Source of the DNA: Rhizophagus irregularis
Lineage: Eukaryota
NCBI RefSeq assembly: GCF_026210795.1
Contig: NC_089431.1
Span: 3,286,001-3,350,000, forward strand
Length of the DNA stretch: 64,000 nt
Direction: 5' to 3'
Position numbers and translations under genes: made by a program. The first letter of the stretch is position 1. Every line of letters begins with the position of its first letter. This document shows positions 52,861-63,780 of this stretch, in pieces. The notes under the pieces were generated by a model. That model searched no databases. It was not told where the DNA came from and worked only from the letters and a program-made list of their open reading frames with translations.

Positions 52861-54626
52861 ATGAATATTTCAAAACATCGCCGATATTCATCAAGTCCTT
52901 CTCCAGAAAGGAGGAAATATACTTGACATTCTCTACTGGGAAATAAATATTCAAGTTACTCTCGTTACTCATCACAGAGGTAAAAGTTTCCTATCTGTAA
53001 AAGCATGAATTAATAATCTAATATAATTACTTTAAAAGTGATGTTCAAAGAAAACGCTTACCAAGTACTAGAAGGGTCATTTGTTTAATATTCGAAATAA
53101 CTGCTCATCAACTTGGGAATATGAAAATGGTCACTCATCAATCAATAGGGATTCAAGAGAACATGATCGCTCATCAATCATCAGGGATTTAAGAAAACGT
53201 GATCGCTCAAGGGATTCGAGAGAACGTGATCGCTCAAGGGATTCAAAAGAACGTGATCGCTCATCAATCATCAGGGATTCAAGAGAACATGATCGCTCAT
53301 CAATTATCAGGGATTTAAGAAAACGTGATATTGGTCGTTCATTAATCATCAGGGATTCAAAATCGCCAAAAGGATACGATAGTGGTATGATTATAATTTG
53401 GTTTTTTGTAAGGATCTTTTTTTTAACTAATAATGATATTAATTTACAGTGATTGAAGCCTTAAGTAGAGCTGTCAGCTCATTTACGGAAGAAGTTTAAA
53501 GCATTAAAGCAGCCTCTCAATCAAAGCCAGATCAATCAAGACATAATCGGACAGAATCACCTCTGGAACCAGAAGCTGGCTACTATCGTTATGCTCAAAA
53601 CGTTCTTGAAAATATGGATGAAGAACAATATAAGAATTTTCATGTAAGTTATTTTTTACTATAATCACTATTTCTTTTTTTTCTTAAATATTACTAACCT
53701 TTTTTTGAATTAAGGATGAAGTAGTGCAGATCTTGAGTGGTCTTGATGACACATTACAACTGGACCATACTAAAAAATGAATCGATATTGCCTGACATGT
53801 TGCAAAAAATACAATGAAAGAGATCGATAAAGCTATGAAAGGAAGATTTCAATACAAAGATACAGAACTGAAATGGGTTTTGCAACAATTGCATCGTCAC
53901 CGTCATGAAAATTGGAGGATTAATCTTGATCCAGAAAAAGCAAAGTCAGAAAAAAAAGAAAAGGAATCAATTCTCGTAGAGGCGATGTAAGTACTTCGGT
54001 AAACTAGTTTAGCAAATTAAAACTTGTTACTAATCGATTCATTTACTTCAGATAGAAAAAGGAAAGACGCCAGAAAGGTTTGACCCACATGTTTAACGCC
54101 AAAGATAATTTACTTAGCAAGTTTAAACTATCATCTTTATCTTGGGACGAATTCAATGACGATTGTGAATTATTGATGAATGAAGGCGAATTCCATAGCA
54201 ATGAAGTGTCTGAAACTGACGATGAACTTGCCCAAGAAGAAGTCAATATGAATATCTGACCAAAAAATAAAAAACAACAGATAAACATGTTCTTCATGTT
54301 TATGACAAACCCTGGAGGTCAAGTCGTATAAGTAAATTGCTTATTTGCTTCGAGTTTGCGTAATTCATCATTTTATCGATACTGATTATTGATTTTTTTT
54401 TATTCAATAGGTTCGTGAATTACTTCGTCTATCTGATAGCGTTGGCGAGAAAATAAGTCATGTAAAAGTTTTTTGTCACCGTTGGTATGAAGATAAAAAA
54501 TGGTGCGATAATTCTAAGCCACCTGAAGATACTCCGGAATGGACAATCTCTTGATCATATGATAACAATGATGATCATCAATCAATGATTAGTTTTGGTG
54601 AGAAGGAAAATATCGAAAATGAGTAA
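52861..54626 (+). pseudogene. Divergent accessory (second) gene of the CACTA element, intron-containing, with internal RDRSSIIRDS repeats
   Basis: GT-AG introns, a basic RS-rich N-terminus, tandem repeats at about 53132-53360, the motifs WVLQQLHRHRHENWR, YDKPWRS and PPEDTPEWTIS, and several premature stops. Confidence 0.65.
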
Positions 54627-55059
54627 AAGGACGGGAAAAGAATAGTATTGTATTATATTATTGTTTGTATAGCTTAATATTGCTTGTATATAATAAATAA
54701 TAATAATATTTTATATTAACAATTTTCGGTATTAATATTGGTAAATTGAAATAAATAATACTGTAAATATCAAATGAAAATCATGTATAAAAGAGGATAC
54801 TATTGGGTTTGATATTTATATAATATTTACCCGATTGGTAAACCGATTCTTCATTAATTAAAAATGATATTTATAAAGAATAGTTTACCGATATTGTCCA
54901 GAATTTAAACATTAATAGGCAAAGAATCGGAAATGATCATCAGACTATTATAGTAGTACAATCTATGAAAAATCAGTGAAGAATCGGGTTTATGATTCTT
55001 TACAGATATACCATCATTTGACCTGTGTCCAGTAGTTCACCAAAACTGTCATGTCTTCC

Positions 55060-55841
55060 TATCAATTTTCCAGTCTTCTTAATAGTGAGCGTATTTTGGC
55101 AAGCAATGTAAGCTTACCCGACTCACTACCGTCTAAACCTTTCTTCAAATTCTTAAAAGTAGAAGAATTGTTTTTCTTTCCAGAAGGTTTGCCCTCCTTT
55201 TTCTTGTTATTTGTAGTATTTAGTCCAACCTTGTTATCCGAGTCTTGGTTCTGCTTCTGATTACGGCCACTTCTTGATTATTGATTACGACTTTTAGATA
55301 GTTGAGGGGAAAAGTATCTAGTCCAAACACCTTCATATTCATGCAAGTTCAACTTGGTATTCGTGATTTTATCCAAATCTGCCCAATTTTTGTAATACAT
55401 GATGAGCTTGCGGGTACATTTTTCCTGAACCACCTTAAAAGCTTTGCATTCCAAATGTGAGATAGGTGATTGGGAAGGGTCTGAAGGGTATAGCATTAAT
55501 AAGTTGATGACAGTTCCAGGTAAATCTTTCACCACAGCCTGAAATCGTTCTTTTTCCTTTCTTTGTTGAAGATTCCAGTTAGCAGGATACCATCGGACAG
55601 GAAAACCTCCTAAAGGAGCGGTCCAGACTCCTTGATTCTATAGATTCATAGCCCACTCATTGAAGTCAATTGAAACGGTGACCGTTAAGTATTTCTTCTG
55701 ACGTTTAGTCTTGAAAGCGATCACGTGACCCATTTCTCAAGATGCTGGAGAAATTCGAGCTGAGTCCAAGTGGAGGAGATATCGTATAAAGTAATTTCCC
55801 GAACATTGTCCTTCAATACTGGATCATATCCGGTCATTACC
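55060..55841 (-). pseudogene. Truncated LINE ORF1-like relic, paralogue of 15320-16088
   Basis: VMTGYDP..NVREITLYDI..KKYLTVTVSIDFNEW..GVWTAP..PVRWYP..KEKERFQ..LAKIRSLLRRL aligns by eye with the + strand copy. Confidence 0.8.
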
Positions 55842-55960
55842 AATTGTAATTTTACTGATTAATAATAAATAATATTAAATTATTATCATTATAATAATTT
55901 AATATTCTTTGTTAAATATAAATAAAATTTATTTTTACATATTTGAGTAAAATAATATTA

Positions 55961-56430
55961 ATGATAAAGTATTGAAATCTGAAAAATATATATATGAAAT
56001 TTTATCATCTGAAACATTAAGAAAGTAAAACTATTAGGAAAAAATATTAAGCATTAAAATACTAGATTGTAATAGATTGTATTTTGTAATAGATATAAAA
56101 AAGATATTTGGAAATCAAGAAAGAATAAATAAAAAAAAAATCTATTATACAAGAGTTAGTTTAAAGAGATAAAAAGAAAATCTTAATAGGTTATATAAGT
56201 ATTTTAGATAGAAATACTTAGACTATAAACTTATTAAAAATATCAGATTAAATTTCAAATGGAAATTTAAGTCTATTTTGAAATGATTATACTAAGAAGA
56301 TATTGATTATCTATAAGAACTGGTTTTACTACTTCACTTTTGAATTTGTTGAATACAGTAGATCTTTGTTAAGTATAATATAAGAATCATGCCATTTGGT
56401 TTAAATAATGTTAATATTGATAATATTAAA
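55961..56430 (+). pseudogene. IS607-family TnpA (MerR-like HTH plus serine recombinase)
   Basis: One frame from 55981 reads SSETLRK*NY*EKI..NRLY..DIKKIF..KKIYYTRVS(Ser at 56158-56160)LKR*KENLNR..KYLDYKLIKNIRLNFKWK, then after a frameshift IIYKNWFYYFTFEFVE. This matches TLRRW/CYARVS.KQ.DL.RQ/DIGSGLNFKR/YKDRLCRFAFE. Confidence 0.85.
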
Positions 56431-57711
56431 TCTGATAAAAGTTTACTAGAGATAAAATGGATATTAACCAAGAATTGAAAATGACAAAAAAAGATTGAAA
56501 ACATGAAAAATACTGATTTATTTAACATCTGAAAAAAGAGAAAAGCTAAGAAAATAGATAGGAACTGTAAAGTAAATGTATAATAAAATTCTTGAAAATG
56601 GTGTAAAATAATGGAATTACTAATATAAATGTTATATAAGAGTGTTATTTAAATAATAAATGCTTCACTGAAGAATTTTTATAAGTAAAAGAAACTTTTA
56701 AAAAAGTATATTTGTATGTAATTTAACAATTAATAAGCATATATAAAATGAATAAGAAGTTGTATAAAAATAATTTTTGAATAAAATACTAATTAAAGAA
56801 GAATTAAACTGAATACAAACCATCTCAATTTTTGCCAGGGATTGGAAAAGAAATAGAGGAGAATATATGTTTCTAAAGAGTATTACTTTAGAATGATTAT
56901 TAGAAATTAATAATATGATTAACATAACTATGAATCATCTGAGACATTTTTACTTGTATGTTTCCATTCTTTTGGATATTATTAATAACTAAGATGAAAG
57001 GTACTTTTACTAAATCCAGGTATTTACATGTTTATAACAGGTTATAATCCTATTGTCAATTAATTGAGTGGGATAATGGTTATTGACAAAATATTTAAAT
57101 TGTTCAAGAAATACAATAAATTACAAAGTGACAAGGATCTTACTTTGAAAAGAACAAACAAGAGAAAGAGATTTCAATTGAGAAAAAAGATGCTATGAAT
57201 CATATAATGAATCCATAATTTGATAGATGAGTGCAGTGTTGGGCAATTGGACAATTTTGGACAGGTTTGGACAGTTTTGGATAAGTTTTGGACAGGGTTT
57301 TTGACAATTCTCTTATGTCTAAAACCTTTAAAGTTAAAAATTGTGTCCAAAACTCATCACTGGATGAGTGCTATCACCAGCTGGCCTGATGGTTATGTTA
57401 GAATTACAAGATCATTTTGCTACCTGAATTCAAAACATCATATATTGTGCTCAAGAATAAAAAAAGATCCAATTGAGGATAGCCCACACAATGCTAACTT
57501 GGTTACATTTCAGATTTTGAATGTTTCTTTTGCACAAGCTAAGAGAGTACAAGTATTGCAAGGTTATCAAGTGAGGGGTACACTTCTAAGACATGTGGGC
57601 ATTGCGGACAAATCAATGACAAACTGGGTGGTTCTAAGACTTGATCGGGATGCGAATAGGGTGAGGAACATCTTACTCAAATTGTTAACGAAGGGTCAGG
57701 TTTTGGCCTGA
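56290..57711 (+). pseudogene. Fanzor2 (TnpB-family RNA-guided endonuclease), inactivated
   Basis: HTH_OrfB-like KILIYLTSEKREKLRK*IGTVK*MYNK (56492-56597); WED-like NHLRHFYLYVSI; RuvC-I LNPGIYMFITGYNP (57010-57051); IHNLIDEC..LA*WLC*NYKIILLPEF; MLTWLHFRF; EGYTSKTCGHCG..LGGSKT; RuvC-III DRDANRVRNI. Confidence 0.88.
57234..57362. mobile_element. hAT-type MITE (129 bp), same family as 13291-13675, inserted in the Fanzor2 frame
   Basis: Termini CAGTGTTGGG...CTCATCACTG, perfect 8-bp TSD GATGAGTG (57226-57233 and 57363-57370), and TTGGAC repeats. Confidence 0.9.
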
Positions 57712-57799
57712 TATGACTAACTCTATTTATTCATGTTGGATTCAATTTCAAGGGTGGTCTTATCATTTATGGTTGTACGAAGCCCATTCTAGCTTTTAT

Positions 57800-57935
57800 T
57801 CTTACCTCTCTTCTCGAAAAATCTTTGGTTTACAAATGAAAGAAATTGAAATTTGGGAACATGTATTAAAATGATGCACATGGTATATCTTATTCTCGAT
57901 TAGCTCAGTTTGGCTTCACAAACTTGAACCGCAAT
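57800..57935 (+). pseudogene. BACK-domain fragment of a BTB-BACK gene
   Basis: LTSLLEKSLV..QMKEIEIWEHVLK* resembles the intact paralogue at 43025-43990 (SIPEKLLV..DEIHIWEYVLKW). Confidence 0.65.
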
Positions 57936-58171
57936 AGTCCAGGGTCAAGAAATTAATACTCATGATAGCAATGTTAGGATCATGCCGTTAGTTACTTCCT
58001 TGACATTAATGGTCATATAATTCAGAAATTATGGAGGAGTGCTACTAAATTTTTGACGGAAAAAATAAGCAATTTTATTTTATTATTAACTATGATATTA
58101 GAAATTAATAATTTTTCTTTAAATAAGTTAATTGTTTTAATAAACTATAAATTTCCGAACTTTTCTTCTTT

Positions 58172-61100
58172 CTATAAAGGTATTGTCTTTTTTTTTGATC
58201 TTAAATCGTCAGTTGCTTTAGTATTCTTAACACCCAATATTGCTGAATTATCTATTAAAATCATAAATTATTTTAATACAGCTTTATAATAAAATAATAG
58301 GATAATAATACTTATACTTACGCGAAGATTCGTCTAACAGTCTATCCGCTAAATCACGTACAATTCCACTTGTAAGATATTTTGTAGACACTCCTCGTGG
58401 AATTAATGGTTGAGATAATAATGACTTCAATTCGAGCTTCATTGATCGAATTTTTTCCTTAATTTGTTTCTGATTTCCTCTATTAGAATCGTTAACGCTA
58501 AATAAATGCAAATTGGTTACTTCGTTGTTAGAACTATCAACCTAACTTTATAAATACCAAGAACTTACATTTCTTCATCATCTAAATCAATTTCAAATTC
58601 TTGGGCGGTTTTTTTTAACCAATCATTATCGTGGTTCATCTATATTAAAGGAAATCAATAATTGTACATATATGCATATATATAATTAGATATTTCGCAC
58701 CTTCTGCATTTTGTGTTCATCTTGATCAATTTGTCTTGCCAAGTTAATTCTCTGTTTCATTGAATTTAAAATGCCTCGGTCAACAGGAAAGTCTGCTAAG
58801 CCGTCAACTAAAATAAAGAGAAAATATATTATTTATAAAATATTTGTTGTTTTTTTTTCTAAAATATATTCAATCGGTTTTATTATATTTGAGTTTGTGG
58901 CAAACCTGTTGTTGGTGAAGTATTCATTATGAGAGTATTTAAGAAAATTCAGCGCCAATTTCTTACCCTTATTTAATTTCAAACACAACTTCTGATATAA
59001 ACTTAGTTCTTCGGGACTACACAACATTAAGCTTACACCTTCTTTCCTTGAACGGGCTGTACGACCACTTCGATGAACATATATCTAAAAAAAAAAAAAT
59101 ATTAACACAATGAATAAATTAATTATTAAAAAGATTTAGGAAAATAATTTACATACATCACTAGAACGCGGTAACTGATAGTGTATTACATGTTCAACCA
59201 ACGGAATATCTAATCCACGAGCTGCGACATCACTAGCAATCATAACGGCTTTAGGGTTCTGCTTAAATCTGTAAATATAAACGCGTTAGTTAGCCGTATA
59301 AAAATAATAAATGGTTCTTACAGTCCTTCACGTTTACCTATCTAAATTCTTTAAACGCTGCCTTTGTTGCATTTGTGCGTGAAGTCCAAAAACGTCGATA
59401 TTTAATAACTTAATTACTGGTATAAGACGTCGAATGCAATCAATACTGTTAACAAAAATAAGGGTCCGACCAGGATATCGCGTAATAAAATAATACGTAT
59501 ATATATCCTAAGAAGTATAAATATTAATAATTGAATATTAACAAACAATTTAGTAGAATCAATAATACACCTTCTCTTTGGTCAGACAATCAATTTTGGA
59601 TTCTTGTAATGTTTCAGCAACCGCATCTTCAGGAGTAATATCCAGAAATATTGGATTTGAATCATTAAATTCAAGCCGATGCATTAATTCAGCTTAATTA
59701 AATTAAATTATATTATTAGATTTTTATATTTTTGTAATTGATTTATTAATGGTTATAAATAAAAGAAAAAAAAAACCATTTACTCATTGTTCCTGTGGAT
59801 TCTTTATTTATCTTTTTCGATTTGTATTTCTTTCTCTTCAAATCTTCTTTCAATTTGTTATTGAGCGTAGCAGAATACACAAAAGTCTGCCGAGGAGTAA
59901 GTTCTAATATTGATAATTAAGTATCAATAAAAGAAAAAAGGATCTTAATAATAAAAAATTATTACCATAAGTGCATTCCTTTTCTTTAATATCATTTTCA
60001 GCCCATTCATTAGTGTTACTGTCAAATAGTTTATATTAATATTATGTAATTTAATAAAAATCTGCAATATAACTAAAAATAATTAGCTTTTTACTTTCTA
60101 GTCCTCGATAAAACAGTTAGAATATGGTTTAACTCTTCAAAATGGCCAATTTCGAGCATTCTATCTGCTTCGTCTAATACTAAAAATTTTATGCGTCGCA
60201 AATTACTAAGGTACGCATCATTCTGTAGCATAAACCAGAATTTGATAGGATCTTAAGTATGAAAGAATTATACGCTTAAATAAATTTTAAAATATTAATT
60301 AAATAAACCTCAGAGAATAATTCCCATAAACGACCAGGTGTAGCGACAATAATATTTGGATGTTTTGATAATAATCGCTGTTGTTTCTGTGTAGACATTC
60401 CTCCCACAATTGTTATAATCTTTCGATAGTAATTTAACGTTAATGTTTTTTTTTTGAAAAAAAGGTATAGCAATAACTAATTCTTACTTTTATTAGAGAA
60501 TTTTTACTAATATGTTGAAGATGGTCTCTAATTTGCATAGCTAATTCTCTTGTAGGCGTCAAAATAAGCCCTACAAGCTGATTCGAGTCCTTTACTTTCT
60601 TAAATATGTACTCTAATATAGGTATTCCAAAAGCAAGTGTTTTTCCAGAACCAGTTTCAGCAGCACCTATGACATCACGGCCGGATAAACTAAAATGAAG
60701 TGTTTTTGCTTGAATTGGCGTAGGTTTATTAAATCCGAGTGATTTTAACTCATTCATAATGATAGGAGAGAGATTGAACTGATTCCATGCGGAAAGATCG
60801 ATTCCTTTTAATGAATGTTATTAGCTAATAAGCCTATTAATAATTCAGAAATATGAATTTTCAATATTATACCTTCCATAGCATTCTGATCCGTTCCTTT
60901 TTCGTCCTGAATACTATTAATATTTGTGCTGACACTTTCTTCCATTTTTGAATCATTATCAATTTCGTCCTCATCATTCTCATCATCGTCCTTATACTGG
61001 TCTATATTATTATCAAAATTATCATCTTGTGATCCTACATTTTCTTCGGATTGCTTGTATTCTCTTATATTTTTATTCCTTATTAAAATACTCTCATCAA

Positions 61101-61761
61101 ATGTATCCAAGTCATAATACTTAGATGACTCCTCTTCTGGTAATGGTTCCTCAGGTTTAGCGCATGGGCTGTCACTTTTTGCATTTGATAATCTATTACT
61201 ACTTTTTACTTTCTGTTAATAAATTATGTTATTCAAGAATTTAATCATAAACGATAAACAATAATTTTGTTTCGCTATAGTACTGACCTTAAATTTAATC
61301 GTTTTTCCTTGTGTATCTTTATTATCATCATACTCAACATCAATATCATCAATTTCCTCTAGGCATAAAAATCCTCCTAAATCGTCTCCCATAAAAATTG
61401 AATCGGGATAATTCACTTCGGACCATTCAAGAGAATTAAGTTCAACATAACCATCGTTTTTAATAAAATTATCTTCTTGGACTGCATTTTTTCGTTTACG
61501 TTTTTTACTGATCGATGGTACTACTACTGAGAAGTCTCCTTTTTCTTGAGCAGGTACTGGAGGAGGATTTGATAATGATATCTCACGCCATTCCTGTTCT
61601 GGTAGGTTATTCAATCTATCATCCTGCTTTTTTTTCTGTCTACGAGCACGTTTTGCGGCTTTTTTGCTTAATTTTTCTGCAATTATTGCTTCAGTATCTT
61701 CAGCTGGAATAAATTGGCCTGAAAAATTAGCCTTAGGTCGTATACTTTTTTCACGTTTCAT
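58172..61761 (-). CDS. MAK5: DEAD-box RNA helicase Mak5/DDX24
   Basis: [99 protein letters not shown]. Confidence 0.93.
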
Positions 61762-61922
61762 GGACAACAAAAAAAATTTAAAATTCACTAAATTTTTTTG
61801 ATTATCAAATTTTCAGTTTTTATTTTTTCTTACTGATTGTTACACCAACAAACTCACCAATTTTCACGTGATTTTGTACATTAAATGAAGTTTCCCAATG
61901 CTAAACGGACTAAAAATTAAAA

Positions 61923-62975
61923 ATGTCAACAACACAAACTTCCGCATCTTCTAACAAGGTAAAATTTGTATTTATTTACTAAAAGTTTTGTGATCTGCTA
62001 AAATTTTAAATTATTCAATTTAGTTGGACGACAAACGTTTATATATTGGAAATTTAGATTCTTCAATAAATGAGCAAGTGTTACTTTTAAGTATATTAGG
62101 ATTCAATTAATTATCAATATCTAATTGTCTTCTTTATTTCACAGATATACTGTTGTAAAGTTATTTGAACCTTTTGGAAAAATAACCCATCTTGATTATC
62201 TCTTTCATAAGAGTGGACCAAAACGCGGTCAACCAAGGGGTTATTGTTTCTTGGAATATAGCAAAAAAGAGGTACGTTATTTTGTTTACATTGTTCCAAC
62301 TTCAACATAATAAAATAAATATTAATTGCTTTTTTAAAAAAATTACAAATTATGTGTTCTGTATACCGAATTGCACCTAGGAAGCCTTGAGAGCGATGAC
62401 AGCTATGCATTCAAAATTGATTAAGAACCGATCCATGATAGTGACCTTTGCATATGCAGTAATTATATCAGTTTTTAACCTCATTTTTCTTTTCTTATAG
62501 TTAATAAAAATGATTATTTATATACTAATATTAGGCACCTGAAAATTATGATGGTAAACAATTGGGTGGTCTCAAGAAACGACCTTCATCATCGGTTAAT
62601 AGGCCAACGACAATTTCTTTGTTAAAAGCACATAAGATGATCAATGCTAGGTTAGTTTGTAAATTGATACATCTAAATATCTAATAATTTAATGACACAT
62701 ATTTATATTTAACTAATGCCGTTTTTAGTACTGATTCAAAGATACAAGCTTTAGAGAGAAAATTAGCGCAAATGAAACAAGAAGATGTATCATCAAATAT
62801 TTCTACAACAAAATCGTATTCACAACCTTCATCTCCACAACCATCTACTTCATTTTCAACAGAGAACATAAAGGTAGAAAGGAACTTATCAGCACCAACT
62901 TCACCATCAAGAACCACAACTAAGGGTAGAGGGAAGAGATTCAACCCTTATGTTATTCCTAAAAGTGAAAAATAA
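61923..62975 (+). CDS. RBM18: RRM protein RBM18-like (multi-exon, one GC-AG intron)
   Basis: RLYIGNLD..EYTVVKLFEPFGKI..LDYLFHKSGP.RGQPRGYCFLEY; KIQALERKL..M; terminal RFNPY. Confidence 0.85.
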
Positions 62976-63780
62976 TTCCTGTGTTATATTATTATTAAGT
63001 TATTCTCTTTTTAAATAATATATAGAACAAAAATATTTCAATTTATTTTTCTGTGATCATTCCCTTTCAAAGAATTCACTGCATTTTAATAGATTTAATT
63101 ATTTCCTCTTTGGTAATATTTCCAAGTTCTTAGATATATTGTACTTAGTAATTTATCTTACGCATCAAGAGTTTTTTAATGGCTATTACAATAAAATGAC
63201 AATTTTAATCAATGTTTAAACTGGAATTAAAGCAGTGTCTTTTAAAAGCTACTTTAAACATCATTTTTTAAGAATGTAAATGTAATATATTCGAATTTTA
63301 ATAAAAATAAATAAATAAATAAATAACGATATTATAATCTCCATTTTGATCGTAATCTTTCGATCACTTATGTACATGATCTTTTTTGATCATCATAGAA
63401 AAATTCAAAATGATTCAATTATACAAAAATTAATACATCTCGCTATTCATATAAAAAAAATTTATAAAATGTTTTAACACACATATATTTGATAGAGATT
63501 TTATGGTTTTTACAATTGAAAAGTGATAACTATGCTACTTAACGTCTAGTTTTTCAACAAAGCCAAAAAACTTGTAAAAAAAAATAATTATTATTTTTTG
63601 ATGTAGTACTGCATAAGAAAAACAAGTTGATTATCATAATATACGCGTCAATTCGTCGAATCGGGATTACATAATAGGGTGCTCTATAATATATACATAT
63701 ATAGTTTCCATAACTTTTATTTTGCTTTCGCTGTTTGCATTTAATAATCAAAAGCGAAAAAAAAATATTACTATAGTAAA

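Larger units (their letters stand above)
47270..55027. mobile_element. CACTA/CMC(EnSpm)-superfamily DNA transposon, about 7.76 kb, decayed
   Basis: Perfect 16-bp TIRs CACAGGTCAAATGATG (47270-47285) and CATCATTTGACCTGTG (55012-55027), AAGAATCGG subterminal repeats and an internal transposase. No matching TSD. Confidence 0.88.
55850..57800 (+). mobile_element. Eukaryotic IS607-like element (TnpA serine recombinase plus Fanzor2/TnpB), degenerate; ends approximate
   Basis: Serine recombinase and TnpB-family nuclease motifs occur in the canonical tandem, overlapping order. The element is bounded by a LINE relic on the left and a BACK-domain relic on the right. Confidence 0.85.

Noticed and set aside
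53132..53360. Direct repeats resembling a CRISPR array
   Set aside because: They are in-frame coding repeats (RDRSSIIRDS) without unique spacers, in a eukaryotic context with no cas genes.
57220..57711. 163-aa ORF in the ORF track taken as a real gene
   Set aside because: It is a chance frame made of the hAT MITE plus out-of-frame Fanzor2 sequence. Only the last about 25 residues (LDRDANRVRNI..) are in the Fanzor frame.
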